Positions 10,546-20,351 of a stretch of 64,000 nucleotides of DNA are shown piece after piece. Below the pieces are notes generated by a model, which searched no databases, was not told where the DNA came from, and saw only the letters and a list, made by a program, of their open reading frames with translations. Each line of letters begins with the position of its first letter. The first letter of the stretch is position 1. Origin of the DNA: Candidatus Altimarinota bacterium (lineage in GTDB: Bacteria > Patescibacteriota > Gracilibacteria > UBA4473); NCBI GenBank assembly GCA_965231215.1, contig OZ246423.1, positions 1 through 64,000 of the forward strand, in the 5' to 3' direction. Position numbers and translations under genes: made by a program.

Positions 10546-12036
10546 ATGTGTGGGATAATTGGTATACTCAACCAACAAAACGAAGTCTTCCCTGAACTCT
10601 ATGATGGACTACTCATGCTACAACATCGTGGCCAAGACGCTGCGGGGATTGTAAGTTATGATGGTGAATTTTTTCATGAAAGAAAAAGTAATGGTCTAGT
10701 AAAAGATGTATTTTTAGCTCGTCATGCAGATTATCTCAGGGGAAAATCTGGTATTGGACATGTACGCTACCCCACCGCCGGAAGTCTCAGTGCTAGAGAG
10801 GCACAGCCATTTTTTGTCAATGCTCCATTTGGTATTTACCTGATTCATAATGGGAACCTTACCAATACCTGTGAACAGAGAAAAAAGATTCAAGACAAAT
10901 ACAAAAGACACCTCAGAACTAAATCTGATTCTGAAGTTTTACTTAATGTCTTTGCTGATAAAATTCACGATGTTTTAAAAGATGAAGCAGGTTTAAGTGC
11001 CCCTGAAGTACTTTTCAAAGCTACTGAACTCACTATGGATCGAATCAAGGGAGCTTATGCTGTTATTACCCTTATAGATAAAATTGGACTTTTTGCCTTT
11101 CGTGACCCCAATGGAATTAGGCCCCTTTCCCTCGGAAAAAGGTCTAGTCGCCTCGGAGATGAATATGCTTTTGCGTCAGAAGATGTGGCATTTTCAACCC
11201 TTGGATTTGAAAAAATAAAAGATGTAGCCCCCGGAGAAGCTATTTTAGTAGACTTTCAAGGCAACATTCATAAACATCAATGTATAGAAGGTACCCTTAA
11301 TCCTTGTATTTTTGAATATGTATATCTGGCTCGGCCAGACTCAATGATAGATGGTATTTCAGTCTACAAAACTCAACTCAGAATGGGGCAAGCTTTAGCC
11401 AAACAAATACAAGAAGCAAACCTAGAAATTGACACCATTGTTCCTGTGCCAGATTCTGCCAGGCCTGTAGCGCTTGAAATGTCTAAAATTACGGGAATTA
11501 AATACCGAGAAGGTTTAGTAAAAAACCGATACGTTGGAAGAACCTTTATTATGCCAGGGCAAGCCGAAAGACAAAAATCTGTGCGCCGAAAACTCAATGC
11601 TATTCCGCTAGAATTTCGTCGAAGAAATGTACTCCTTGTAGATGATTCTATCGTACGAGGAAATACAATGAAACAGATCATTTCGCTCTGTCGGCAATCG
11701 GGAGCCAGAAATGTATATGTTGCCAGTGCTGCTCCACCTGTAAAATATCCAAATGTATATGGAATAGATATGCCTACCCGAAAAGAATTTATTGCCAATG
11801 GCCTTAAAATAGAAGAAATTAGAAAAGTCTTAGGAGCCGATGCCCTTTTCTACCAAAACCTAGACGACCTTATTTGGGCGGCAAAAGAAGGGAATGAAAA
11901 CATCAAAGAATTTGATTGTTCTTGTTTTGATGGTAAATACGTTACAGGAGATATAGATGAAAAATACCTTGATAACTTAGAGGCTAGTTCTAGAGTTAAT
12001 GAAAAAGTAAATGAACTTCCCCTTATTAATATATAA
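10546..12036 (+). CDS. purF: Amidophosphoribosyltransferase
   Basis: N-terminal MCGIIG nucleophile Cys, LQHRGQDAAG, GHVRYPTAG, PRPP motif VDDSIVRGNT. Confidence 0.98.
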   Translation: MCGIIGILNQQNEVFPELYDGLLMLQHRGQDAAGIVSYDGEFFHERKSNGLVKDVFLARHADYLRGKSGIGHVRYPTAGSLSAREAQPFFVNAPFGIYLIHNGNLTNTCEQRKKIQDKYKRHLRTKSDSEVLLNVFADKIHDVLKDEAGLSAPEVLFKATELTMDRIKGAYAVITLIDKIGLFAFRDPNGIRPLSLGKRSSRLGDEYAFASEDVAFSTLGFEKIKDVAPGEAILVDFQGNIHKHQCIEGTLNPCIFEYVYLARPDSMIDGISVYKTQLRMGQALAKQIQEANLEIDTIVPVPDSARPVALEMSKITGIKYREGLVKNRYVGRTFIMPGQAERQKSVRRKLNAIPLEFRRRNVLLVDDSIVRGNTMKQIISLCRQSGARNVYVASAAPPVKYPNVYGIDMPTRKEFIANGLKIEEIRKVLGADALFYQNLDDLIWAAKEGNENIKEFDCSCFDGKYVTGDIDEKYLDNLEASSRVNEKVNELPLINI

Positions 12037-12041
12037 GCAAT

Positions 12042-12929
12042 ATGAAAATAACCGATAGTCTCTCCCCTATTAAAAGAAATGTTTGGTGGCTTGCCTTTTT
12101 TGGCCTTATTACCACAGGGGTTTTAATGATGTTGCTTTCTCAAGTACCACAGGTACATAAGACTACTATTTATTTTTCTGTAAAACCTCTTGAAATAGAA
12201 AGCCGGAGCACTCAACTAGATCCAGCAGAAAGCACCATGAAAATGGCCGAAGCTATGGCCGGATGGGCTCAAAACCCAAAATTCAGAGAAGAAATTTTAA
12301 CCGAATCTGGAGTCTATATTCCAAACTTCAAACGAAAAATTTCAGCCCGAAAACAGAACTACATGAATGTTTTCTGGACTATAAAACTTTATGATCAAGA
12401 TATTGTACATCAAGAAAAAATTACCCAGGCTACCGTTAAAATGATTCAAAAACACTTTAAAGAATTTAATCGCCAAAATGCTTTCCCCTATGCGATGACT
12501 CCTATGAGCATTGCTCAAACCAACAGCAGTATTCCTCTTTCTTGGCTTTGGATCTTTACAATCGTCCTAGGCGTAGTACTTAGTTTAGTATTTGTGTATG
12601 CCAAGGAAGTTCTCACCGGAAGAGTGAGCTTTGCCGAACAGGTAAAACATATTTTCCCAGAGTCCCCTATTTTGAGCGTTTCCAATAAATTAGGGAACCA
12701 TGACGAAAAGTTGCTCGAACAATATATTTTAACTTTTGATTCACCTCGGCTTGTGGGTACTTTTCCATTAGCCGAAAGATTTTTTTCTCTGGCTCCAAGT
12801 GAAGCTATTGATCCAGAGGTTGATACGCCAATACTTTTGGTCAGAACCGGGAGTACTACGCTGGAAGAACTAGAAAACCTCAAAGCTATATTTGGTACCG
12901 AGTGTGGGATAATTATTTTTAATCAATGA
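12042..12929 (+). CDS. Wzz/CapA-like polysaccharide co-polymerase-type membrane protein
   Basis: Two TM helices flanking an extracytoplasmic domain, plus a cytoplasmic tail resembling the end of BY-kinases; ATGA overlap with purM. Confidence 0.55.
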   Translation: MKITDSLSPIKRNVWWLAFFGLITTGVLMMLLSQVPQVHKTTIYFSVKPLEIESRSTQLDPAESTMKMAEAMAGWAQNPKFREEILTESGVYIPNFKRKISARKQNYMNVFWTIKLYDQDIVHQEKITQATVKMIQKHFKEFNRQNAFPYAMTPMSIAQTNSSIPLSWLWIFTIVLGVVLSLVFVYAKEVLTGRVSFAEQVKHIFPESPILSVSNKLGNHDEKLLEQYILTFDSPRLVGTFPLAERFFSLAPSEAIDPEVDTPILLVRTGSTTLEELENLKAIFGTECGIIIFNQ

Positions 12930-14014
12930 GCAAACCTTTAACTTATGCCGATTCAGGAGTTGATACAACCAAAGGTGATATAGCCTCAAAGGCCGCCTAT
13001 AATAATGCCAAGAAAACATTTAGCAGTCGAAAAGGACGCATAGGTGAACCTTTTGAATTTGATGGTGGTTTTGCTGGAGCCCTGGATATGGGCCATTATC
13101 TGCTCATTCAAAACGATGATGGCACCGGCTCTAAGTCAGAAGTAGCCGAATTAACTGGCCAATTTGATAACATTGGTGAAGATCTGTGTGCTATGGTAGC
13201 TGATGATGCTATCTGTGTGGGAGCGGAAATGATTAGTCTTACCAATACCTTTGACCTCCCAGCCATTGACCCTGAAGTGATAGAGTCTATGACCGCAAGC
13301 TTAGCCAAAGCCTGTGCAGCTCAACGTATTGTTATTCCTGGTGGAGAAATTGCAGAAGTACCTGGTGCTACCAAGAAGATTGTTTGGAATGCCACAGGGG
13401 TAGGGATTGTAAAAAAAGAAAAATTCATCACCGGCAAAACGATCCAATCTGGTCAATCTGTTATAGGGCTCAAAGACCCGATGCTTCGATCAAACGGATT
13501 TTCACTTGCTCGGAAAGTGCTTGAAAATGAATTGGGTGAAAACTGGCATAACACCTCCTATGACCAAACCCACACCTGGGGCCAAATACTACTCACCCCT
13601 TCAAAAGTATTTCACAGGCTCCTGCTGGATGCTGTTTTAGGGGACTTTGATTCTGAGAGAAAATTCACCGTTCATGGCATAGCTCATATAACCGGTGGAG
13701 GTATCCCTGGAAATATAAACCGAATCCTACCCCCTAGTGTAGGAGTTGAATTAAACAACCTGCATGAACCGCATCCCGCCATTAAAAAGATATATGAAAT
13801 CGGTAACTTAGAAGAAACAGAATGTTATCGTACTTGGCATAGTGGTACAGCCATGATGCTCATAGTCGAAAAAACAGACGCCCAAACCATTTGTGATGTC
13901 CTAAATCAAGCCGATAGTGACGTTGAGGCCCAAATTGTGGGGGAAACTAATACGACTCAACAGATTAAACTTCAGGGCAAATTTTCTGGAAAGACCCACA
14001 CATTTCCTCTATAA
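12926..14014 (+). CDS. purM: Phosphoribosylformylglycinamidine cyclo-ligase (AIR synthase)
   Basis: LTYADSGVD, DGTGSK, GGEIAEVPG, RSNGFSLARK, AHITGGG. Confidence 0.95.
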   Translation: MSKPLTYADSGVDTTKGDIASKAAYNNAKKTFSSRKGRIGEPFEFDGGFAGALDMGHYLLIQNDDGTGSKSEVAELTGQFDNIGEDLCAMVADDAICVGAEMISLTNTFDLPAIDPEVIESMTASLAKACAAQRIVIPGGEIAEVPGATKKIVWNATGVGIVKKEKFITGKTIQSGQSVIGLKDPMLRSNGFSLARKVLENELGENWHNTSYDQTHTWGQILLTPSKVFHRLLLDAVLGDFDSERKFTVHGIAHITGGGIPGNINRILPPSVGVELNNLHEPHPAIKKIYEIGNLEETECYRTWHSGTAMMLIVEKTDAQTICDVLNQADSDVEAQIVGETNTTQQIKLQGKFSGKTHTFPL

Positions 14015-14047
14015 TATGTTTCCAATCAAACTTAACCAAAACAAATC

Positions 14048-14365
14048 ATGATAATCCAATTCCAAACGCGCGATGTAACCTTCTTTGACGAAGATAGGGC
14101 TTACTTTGAACAAAAACTACAGGATACTGTGAAATTTTTAGGCAACAAAGCTGGAGATGAAGATTCTGTGCACGCACACATCAAGATTGAAAAAGATAAA
14201 CATCATTCTGGTGAAAAATTCCATTCTACGGCTCATATAACTTCACCTCATGGCGGAGATTTTTATGCTGAAGCTGACAGTGAAAATATACAAGCTTTGG
14301 CCGACTTGTTAAAAGATAGTCTAGAAAGACAAATGCGGAAATTTCATACCAAACATATGAAATAA
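14048..14365 (+). CDS. hpf: Ribosome hibernation factor (RaiA/HPF family, short form)
   Basis: MIIQFQTRDV...YFEQKL...AEADSENIQALADLLKDSLERQMRK pattern, 105 aa. Confidence 0.85.
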   Translation: MIIQFQTRDVTFFDEDRAYFEQKLQDTVKFLGNKAGDEDSVHAHIKIEKDKHHSGEKFHSTAHITSPHGGDFYAEADSENIQALADLLKDSLERQMRKFHTKHMK

Positions 14366-14380
14366 TTTTTAACGATACCT

Positions 14381-14422
14381 AAACAAAAAAAAAGATCCGC
14401 AATACGGATCTTTTTTTTGTTT
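14381..14422. terminator. Bidirectional intrinsic terminator
   Basis: A-tract-GATCCG-CAATA-CGGATC-T-tract between convergent genes. Confidence 0.85.
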
Positions 14423-14440
14423 TAGTATGTTGTAACAAAT

Positions 14441-15241
14441 CTAGCGCATCTGGTTTTTTGGTTTAAATACAAACCCAAACATGACCCCAAAGATAAGGAT
14501 TAACAATCCAGTCATAAACAACCACCGTTCTGTTGGTCCAGTATGAGCCAACTCGCAGCTAAGATTTACCATTGTAGCTTGTCCTTCTGCATCAACTCGC
14601 ATTACTTTAATGTCTCCACAATCTGGTTTTACTTGAACAAAAAACGTAAAGATTTGTTCACATGGGGCTTTATGAGAATAGCTAGGAAAGGAAACTCTCC
14701 CACCAGCTAAAACCCCTAATCCCGTATCCGTAAAGTCCACTGCATTAATGATGCTAGACACGTCTACACTCGCTACATAATCTACTACATCTTCCACATC
14801 AGACCGAAGAGCTAACTCGTAACGAAGCACATCTCCAGGTCTAGCCCCTACTGCTTGGGCATCCTGGTTGTTTTGAGAAATATTAATCACAGAGAAAGCA
14901 ATTTGAGCTGAAGATGGAAGCGCTCCAGGCTGTCCAAAGGCACTACTATGAACATCTCCACCATCGTCACTTATAATAGTCTCAGAACTTTCATCAAATG
15001 AAGTGGTAATAGTTTCGCTCTCAGCGAAGTCTGCTACCGGGTCATCAAATTCTGGGAGTTCTGAAAGCAAATCACTTATAAGATCATCAGCACTCTCTCC
15101 TCCAGCTGCAGCCGTATCGGTCTCCGCTGGGAGTAAATCTTCTAAAAAGTTATCCTCAAAGATCAAATCTTCTTCTTGGGCCTGAACCGGAATAGAAATG
15201 AAAGAAAAAAGGAATATGAATGCGATAAATTTAGTTTTCAT
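14441..15241 (-). CDS. Secreted surface protein with DUF11-like domain and LAxTG sorting signal
   Basis: Signal peptide (PVQA), acidic linker, ARPGDVLRYEL motif, C-terminal LAHTG + TM + basic tail. Confidence 0.6.
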   Translation of the reverse strand: MKTKFIAFIFLFSFISIPVQAQEEDLIFEDNFLEDLLPAETDTAAAGGESADDLISDLLSELPEFDDPVADFAESETITTSFDESSETIISDDGGDVHSSAFGQPGALPSSAQIAFSVINISQNNQDAQAVGARPGDVLRYELALRSDVEDVVDYVASVDVSSIINAVDFTDTGLGVLAGGRVSFPSYSHKAPCEQIFTFFVQVKPDCGDIKVMRVDAEGQATMVNLSCELAHTGPTERWLFMTGLLILIFGVMFGFVFKPKNQMR

Positions 15242-15302
15242 GGCGAAAAAATTTGAACAAGATTATCCCTATTTTTTCAGAAGGAACTAACCTCGTCAAG
15301 AA

Positions 15303-15956
15303 CTAATGATGTTTTTCTATGGTTTTTAAGTAGTTATCTATTGCGAACCAGTCACTTTTATTGAATTTATCCATTTTTTCTAAAAATTCAGGAAGATGAA
15401 CCCGGCGAACCCACTCTAATATTTGACGGTGATGATTTTCAATGAATATATAGTGCGGGTGCGCTTCCACCGAAAAGTCCAGAGTTTCGGGATTCAGATA
15501 AACATCACCACGCAGTACATCAAACCGAGGCAAAAAGCCTCCATAAACCAAACACTTAACCCTTAAAAAACAAAAAACTTCTTCTATCTCAGCCACACTT
15601 AGTCCCTGTATAAGCAATTCAAAAAAAACGGTATCACACTTTTGTTCTGCAAAAAATGTATGAACTTTTTCTAAAACCTCAAACCCAGATTCCATTGTTT
15701 TGAAGTTATTTCCAAAAGCCGCAAAGACTCTCAACGTTCTACAACTACCTAGTTTGAAGTGTTCTTTCTGACTTCTCAATTCTAATTCTATAAGACGGAA
15801 AAAATCTACTTCCAATATCTTTTTCTTAGAGCGAGCTAATTTACTCGCAAAAACAGAAACCGTACCTAAGTCTTTAGTAAAAAAGACCAACAATACATCA
15901 TCGTTGGCCAGCATCGTCTTTTTCAAAAGTATTCCTTCGGTCTTTATGATTTTCAT
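15303..15956 (-). CDS. recO: DNA repair protein RecO
   Basis: KTEGILLKK...DVLLVFFTKDLGTV OB-fold N-terminus; GFLPRFD motif. Confidence 0.85.
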   Translation of the reverse strand: MKIIKTEGILLKKTMLANDDVLLVFFTKDLGTVSVFASKLARSKKKILEVDFFRLIELELRSQKEHFKLGSCRTLRVFAAFGNNFKTMESGFEVLEKVHTFFAEQKCDTVFFELLIQGLSVAEIEEVFCFLRVKCLVYGGFLPRFDVLRGDVYLNPETLDFSVEAHPHYIFIENHHRQILEWVRRVHLPEFLEKMDKFNKSDWFAIDNYLKTIEKHH

Positions 15957-16050
15957 TTTTACTAAATCATAATACCTCTTTTATTTATAAATTTCAGAAA
16001 AAACAGGAAGACATTCCTCACAAAGAAAGCGGTTTGAACGTTCTGAATTT

Positions 16051-16896
16051 TTAAGATAATTCCCCAGTAAGGTAACGCTTAATAGCCAACCATGCCCCCA
16101 GCACTCCGACCATCCCGGCAATCAAAACTTCATAAGAAAAGAGATTATTCCAAAGGTGTAAAAATATATCGCCTCCTGGTAAAAAATCTATTTCACGCAA
16201 TACAAAAGTAAAAGTCAGAATTGCTAGCAATCCAGAAAGAAAGCCCAGCAATATACCCTCCCACAAAAAAGGCCCCGCTATGAACCAAGTATCGGCTCCC
16301 ACCAAACGAGAAATAAATATCTCATTACGGCGTGAGAAAAGCACAATCCTAAAGGCATTTACCGCCAACATTATACCTCCTCCTATAAAGAGAATAGACA
16401 GCCAAAAACTAGCGGTCTCTACCCCATTTCTTACACGCAGTAGTTTGTCTACCAGTACTACAAAATCTCGCTCCGCCAGACCATCCCATTGCCCCACAAC
16501 CTCATCATATCGAATCCCTTTTAGTAGCTGAAATATGGGAGCTACTTCACGCAGGTCACTGAACTTTACATGTAGTCTAGGAGGTACAGAAAAGTCTGTA
16601 TAATTCTCTGCCTCAAGCAACTTTATATCTACCGAAAAATTATTATTAAGGTCGTTTTTCAAAGCATCAAACTCAAACACATCATAATCGGCTCTAAGGG
16701 GAATAGAAAAATCCGCTCGAGACTCCAGATTCTTTAAGGAATAATCCGTAAAATACTGCACCGCAAAAACAAAGTTTAATAAAAACAAAATCAAAGCCCC
16801 TAAAAGCACCGTTGTTCCGGACAAAAACTTATTTCTCCACATCTGCAGAGTCCCCTCTCTGACACTTCGCAAAATTAACGTTCTCCAATATTCCAT
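16051..16896 (-). CDS. ftsX: FtsX-like permease
   Basis: WRNKFLS TM1, NAFRIVLFSRRNEIFISRLVGADTWFIAGPFLWEG signature, 4 TM. Confidence 0.85.
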   Translation of the reverse strand: MEYWRTLILRSVREGTLQMWRNKFLSGTTVLLGALILFLLNFVFAVQYFTDYSLKNLESRADFSIPLRADYDVFEFDALKNDLNNNFSVDIKLLEAENYTDFSVPPRLHVKFSDLREVAPIFQLLKGIRYDEVVGQWDGLAERDFVVLVDKLLRVRNGVETASFWLSILFIGGGIMLAVNAFRIVLFSRRNEIFISRLVGADTWFIAGPFLWEGILLGFLSGLLAILTFTFVLREIDFLPGGDIFLHLWNNLFSYEVLIAGMVGVLGAWLAIKRYLTGELS

Positions 16897-17181
16897 TTGT
16901 TTTTCTAATTCTAGAAAAAAACCAATCAGATTAAAACTGAAAAATAAGCAAATCTATCCTTAAAATGCAACACAGAGTCGCTTTTTGCAAGACGTACAAC
17001 ACTCAACACTTCTCAATCAGTCCTAATCATAGGAGAAAACAAAAGGCCTTTAAATTCATCTCTTAAAGCCCTCAAATGAAAGGCGACAGGTTCTTACAAT
17101 CGCTCGTCATAATCTTCAATATTTTTAAAAAATAAATTTGACGATTGAATCGATTCTCATAAAATCGTTCGGCTAGAACAA

Positions 17182-17256
17182 GTCGCCATCGTCTAGTGGT
17201 TAGGACGCCGGATTTTCATTCCGGTAACGGGGGTTCGATTCCCCCTGGCGATGCCA
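17182..17256 (+). tRNA. tRNA-Glu(TTC)
   Basis: Cloverleaf, anticodon arm CCGGA-TT-TTC-AT-TCCGG, encoded CCA; TTGACG-16-TAAAAT promoter at 17138-17165. Confidence 0.95.
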
Positions 17257-17258
17257 TT

Positions 17259-17297
17259 AAAAAATAGATATCACACAAAGTGAGATGTCTGTTTTTT
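17259..17297. terminator. Bidirectional terminator downstream of tRNA-Glu
   Basis: AAAAAATAGATATCAC...GTGAGATGTCTGTTTTTT imperfect hairpin with A/T tracts. Confidence 0.65.
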
Positions 17298-17331
17298 GAC
17301 CTAACGATAGTCATAGAGCATCACCTCCAAG

Positions 17332-18555
17332 TTAGGTCGTTAAATTCTTTTTGTATAAAATAATTTTAACCAATATCGGCATAGCCAGGGTACTCAGAAA
17401 AGAAAGCGCAATTAAACTGGCAAACATTTCTTGCGTAATAAGCGGTTGCCCCGTTGTATACACAATAGTAGAAAACCCAATTTGAGCCACTACAATCTCT
17501 GTACTCCCTCGTCCAGAAAGTATCGTACTCACAATCAGCGCTTTTGTAGCATTGAATTTCCCAACCATATACGCCATAAGTCCAGATCCAACCCACTGTC
17601 CCACAAAGACAATCGCCAGTAGTACAAACACCAACTGTGGTTTTTCTTTAAGAATGCCGAAAGAAATAGTCATTCCCACTGAGGCAAAAAATATGGGTCC
17701 CAAAAATGAATGAGACAAAGCATAAAACCGATCCTCAATTTTACGCATTAGCTCATTATTAGTGATTTCTTCACGCACAAACATTCCAGCCAAATACGCT
17801 CCTAAAATCATATGAAGTCCAATCCATTCAGCCATAAGCCCAAAGAGCAGCGCAATAATCAAAGCAAACGTAAATCCTTTAGAGCCTGAGCGATTTAGAA
17901 TATACGGAGAAATAAGTGGTAAAAGCAATTTCCCCAAAAACAAAGTACACCCAAAGAAAACCAACACCTTTCCGCTAACAAACAGAATCGTCGACAGGTC
18001 AAATATACCCGTTTCTGCTAAAGAGATAATCACTGAAAGTATCACAAATAAAAGAATTTCGTTAGCGACCGTCGCCCCCAAAACAGTGTGCCCAACTTTG
18101 GTGTTTTTGAGCTTATAGGTTTTAAGCACCGATATAATCACTGGAATTGAATTCAACGCTAATACCGTCCCCATGAAACTCGCCGTAATAGGCGCAGCCC
18201 CCCACCAGAGCATAAATACAATTCCCATTGTCATAATCGGTACCATACCTCCAATCGCTACCAGCACCGAGATTTTAGCTCGTCCCAAAAATTCTCTTAC
18301 ATCTGTATCTAACCCCGAATGAAACATAAGAAAAAACACCCCTAATTCCGCCAAAATTCTGATAGTTTCTTCAATCTCTAAAATCCCCAAAACCTGTGGG
18401 CCAAGAAGCACCCCTGCTAAAATTTCTCCTAACATCGGCGGCAATCCAAACCCTTTAAAAATTCTTCCCGCTCCCCACACCATCACCATTAAAATCAACA
18501 AGATTTCAAAGTGGTTGTGGCTCTCAGGAATCAAAAACGAAAAAAATTCAGTCAT
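17332..18555 (-). CDS. Cation:proton antiporter (CPA2 family)
   Basis: About 12 TM; LPPMLGEILAGVLLGP, LAELGVFFLMF.SGLD, PIFFASVG, RG motif. Confidence 0.9.
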   Translation of the reverse strand: MTEFFSFLIPESHNHFEILLILMVMVWGAGRIFKGFGLPPMLGEILAGVLLGPQVLGILEIEETIRILAELGVFFLMFHSGLDTDVREFLGRAKISVLVAIGGMVPIMTMGIVFMLWWGAAPITASFMGTVLALNSIPVIISVLKTYKLKNTKVGHTVLGATVANEILLFVILSVIISLAETGIFDLSTILFVSGKVLVFFGCTLFLGKLLLPLISPYILNRSGSKGFTFALIIALLFGLMAEWIGLHMILGAYLAGMFVREEITNNELMRKIEDRFYALSHSFLGPIFFASVGMTISFGILKEKPQLVFVLLAIVFVGQWVGSGLMAYMVGKFNATKALIVSTILSGRGSTEIVVAQIGFSTIVYTTGQPLITQEMFASLIALSFLSTLAMPILVKIILYKKNLTT

Positions 18556-18707
18556 CTGTAACTATTCTTATCATGAGAAAGAAATTTAAACAAAACAAAA
18601 CATTTCTTTGAACTTGACTCCCCGGGGCTACTCCGGGGTCTAACCAAAATCAAAACTAAGATAATTTTTAATTCTTAATTCTTAATTTTTAATTACAATA
18701 TTTTGGC

Positions 18708-20129
18708 ATGGCCACAAACCAGAAAGTTCTCTTTAATGCCTTTTCACAATTTGCGGGAAAAATTGGAACCGTCCTCGCCAGCTTTATTGTGGTGAAGATC
18801 GTTTCAGGGTACGGAACCCAATTCTATGGAGACTATGTGACTGCCTACGAATTTTTGGCCTTTTTTGGAATCATGGCTGATGCAGGACTTTTTGCTATAG
18901 CCGTAAGAGATATCTCACAAAACCCAAAAAAAGCTTCCTTTTTTATGGGCAATTTACTGGCTATGAGATTAATCCTCATACTCGGCGCCACGCTGTTAGC
19001 AGGCATTATCGCCCAAATGGTACCCACGTACTCTGAGTGGGTAAAAGTGGGAATTTGGCTCACCGGTATCTCTATGGGCCTTACTATTGTGGCGGGAACT
19101 TTAAGCGCTATCTTGCAAGCGCGGATGAAGATTCAGTATTTTTCGGGAAGCTTAGTTTTTGGAAAAATACTTTTGGCGGCTCTTATATTTGGTATCGCTA
19201 CCTATGGAAAACTACAGCAACTCTCACCAGAAACTTTATTTTTTTATTTCCTTGGAGCGGGCGTGATCTCAAACATTATTTTTTGTAGCTGTGTCTATTA
19301 CTTTGCCCAAAAGGAAATCTCTATCACCCTCAAATGTGATTGGAATTATTGGAAAAAAACCCTCCGCATCTCACTCCCCTACGGACTTGCGCTGATCCTG
19401 CAAACCCTCTACCTCCGAGTAGATCTGATACTTATCTCTCTGCTACTTAGTGCCAGCGCTGTTGGACTGTATGGAGTTTCGGCTAGGATTTTGGAAAGCT
19501 TTTTGATCTTAGGGGTCTTCTTTGGTCAAGCCATATTGCCAAAAATCAGCCAGGAACAATCCTCTCAAAAAAAGGTGGAAAAAACGCTTTGTTGGGGCGC
19601 CGAAAAATTACTCATCTTTGCTCTCCCTATAGTGGTTGGTGGTTTTATTTTTGCTCAAGATATTATTCATCTACTCAGTTCGCCTGAATACACGGCTCCG
19701 CTCATAGGCTCTGATATGGTGTTGCAGATAGTGATACCAAGTGTGTTTTTTGCCTTCTTTAACCAGCTTTTCAGCTTTGGATTAGTAGCTAAAAATGCAC
19801 AAAATTTTCTGTTAATTTCCAACAGTGTGGCCCTCGGGTTAAATGTCATACTTAACCTTATTTTTCTTCCAAAATACGGCATCATTGCAGCCGCCTACTC
19901 TACTCTCCTCTGCGAAATTTTAGTGTGGTTAATTCTGTTCCAACGAATTATGCAGTATTATAAATTTAGGTTTGATGCAAAAAACCTCATTATCATATTT
20001 GGACTCAACACAATTTTGGCGGCTAGTTTTTGGTTTACTCCCCTCAGAGAAAACTTTTTCGCGGCTATTGGATTTGGAGCTATCGCCTACCTTCTGGTAT
20101 TTGGAATTTGGCGAAAACGATTTTTTTAA
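18708..20129 (+). CDS. Polysaccharide flippase (Wzx-like, MOP superfamily)
   Basis: Multi-TM; ADAGL..IAVRDIS, LYLRVDLILIS...VGLYGVSAR, LNLIFLPKYGIIAAAYST. Confidence 0.9.
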   Translation: MATNQKVLFNAFSQFAGKIGTVLASFIVVKIVSGYGTQFYGDYVTAYEFLAFFGIMADAGLFAIAVRDISQNPKKASFFMGNLLAMRLILILGATLLAGIIAQMVPTYSEWVKVGIWLTGISMGLTIVAGTLSAILQARMKIQYFSGSLVFGKILLAALIFGIATYGKLQQLSPETLFFYFLGAGVISNIIFCSCVYYFAQKEISITLKCDWNYWKKTLRISLPYGLALILQTLYLRVDLILISLLLSASAVGLYGVSARILESFLILGVFFGQAILPKISQEQSSQKKVEKTLCWGAEKLLIFALPIVVGGFIFAQDIIHLLSSPEYTAPLIGSDMVLQIVIPSVFFAFFNQLFSFGLVAKNAQNFLLISNSVALGLNVILNLIFLPKYGIIAAAYSTLLCEILVWLILFQRIMQYYKFRFDAKNLIIIFGLNTILAASFWFTPLRENFFAAIGFGAIAYLLVFGIWRKRFF

Positions 20130-20262
20130 TTTTACTACCCCGAAAGCATTGGATTACTCAATTAAACACTGGATTGATTTAGCCGTGGCCTTCGACATCG
20201 AACCCCTCTTACAGATACCGGTTCTCATACTTTCTAAATATTTTAAAAAACCAGACATAAAA

Positions 20263-20273
20263 TGGCGGAGAGG
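20263..20273 (+). repeat. att-like 11-bp direct repeat (copy of tRNA-Ser 3' end)
   Basis: Identical to 29970-29980. Confidence 0.7.
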
Positions 20274-20351
20274 CTCGTATTTTTGATATACATAAATAAA
20301 ACCTTCCTGCTTTTGCCTTATCTACTAAAAACATTATCATGCTGGTATCTT

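Noticed and set aside
18616-18695. GC-rich hairpin and short TAATT(C/T)T heptamer run between the antiporter and wzx
   Set aside because: Only about four degenerate units in AT-rich DNA; no function can be supported.
19972-20351. ORF 19972-20286 and the N-terminal extension of the XRE ORF from 20262
   Set aside because: The first overlaps wzx out of frame with no motif; the second starts inside the att repeat and adds sequence unlike XRE proteins.
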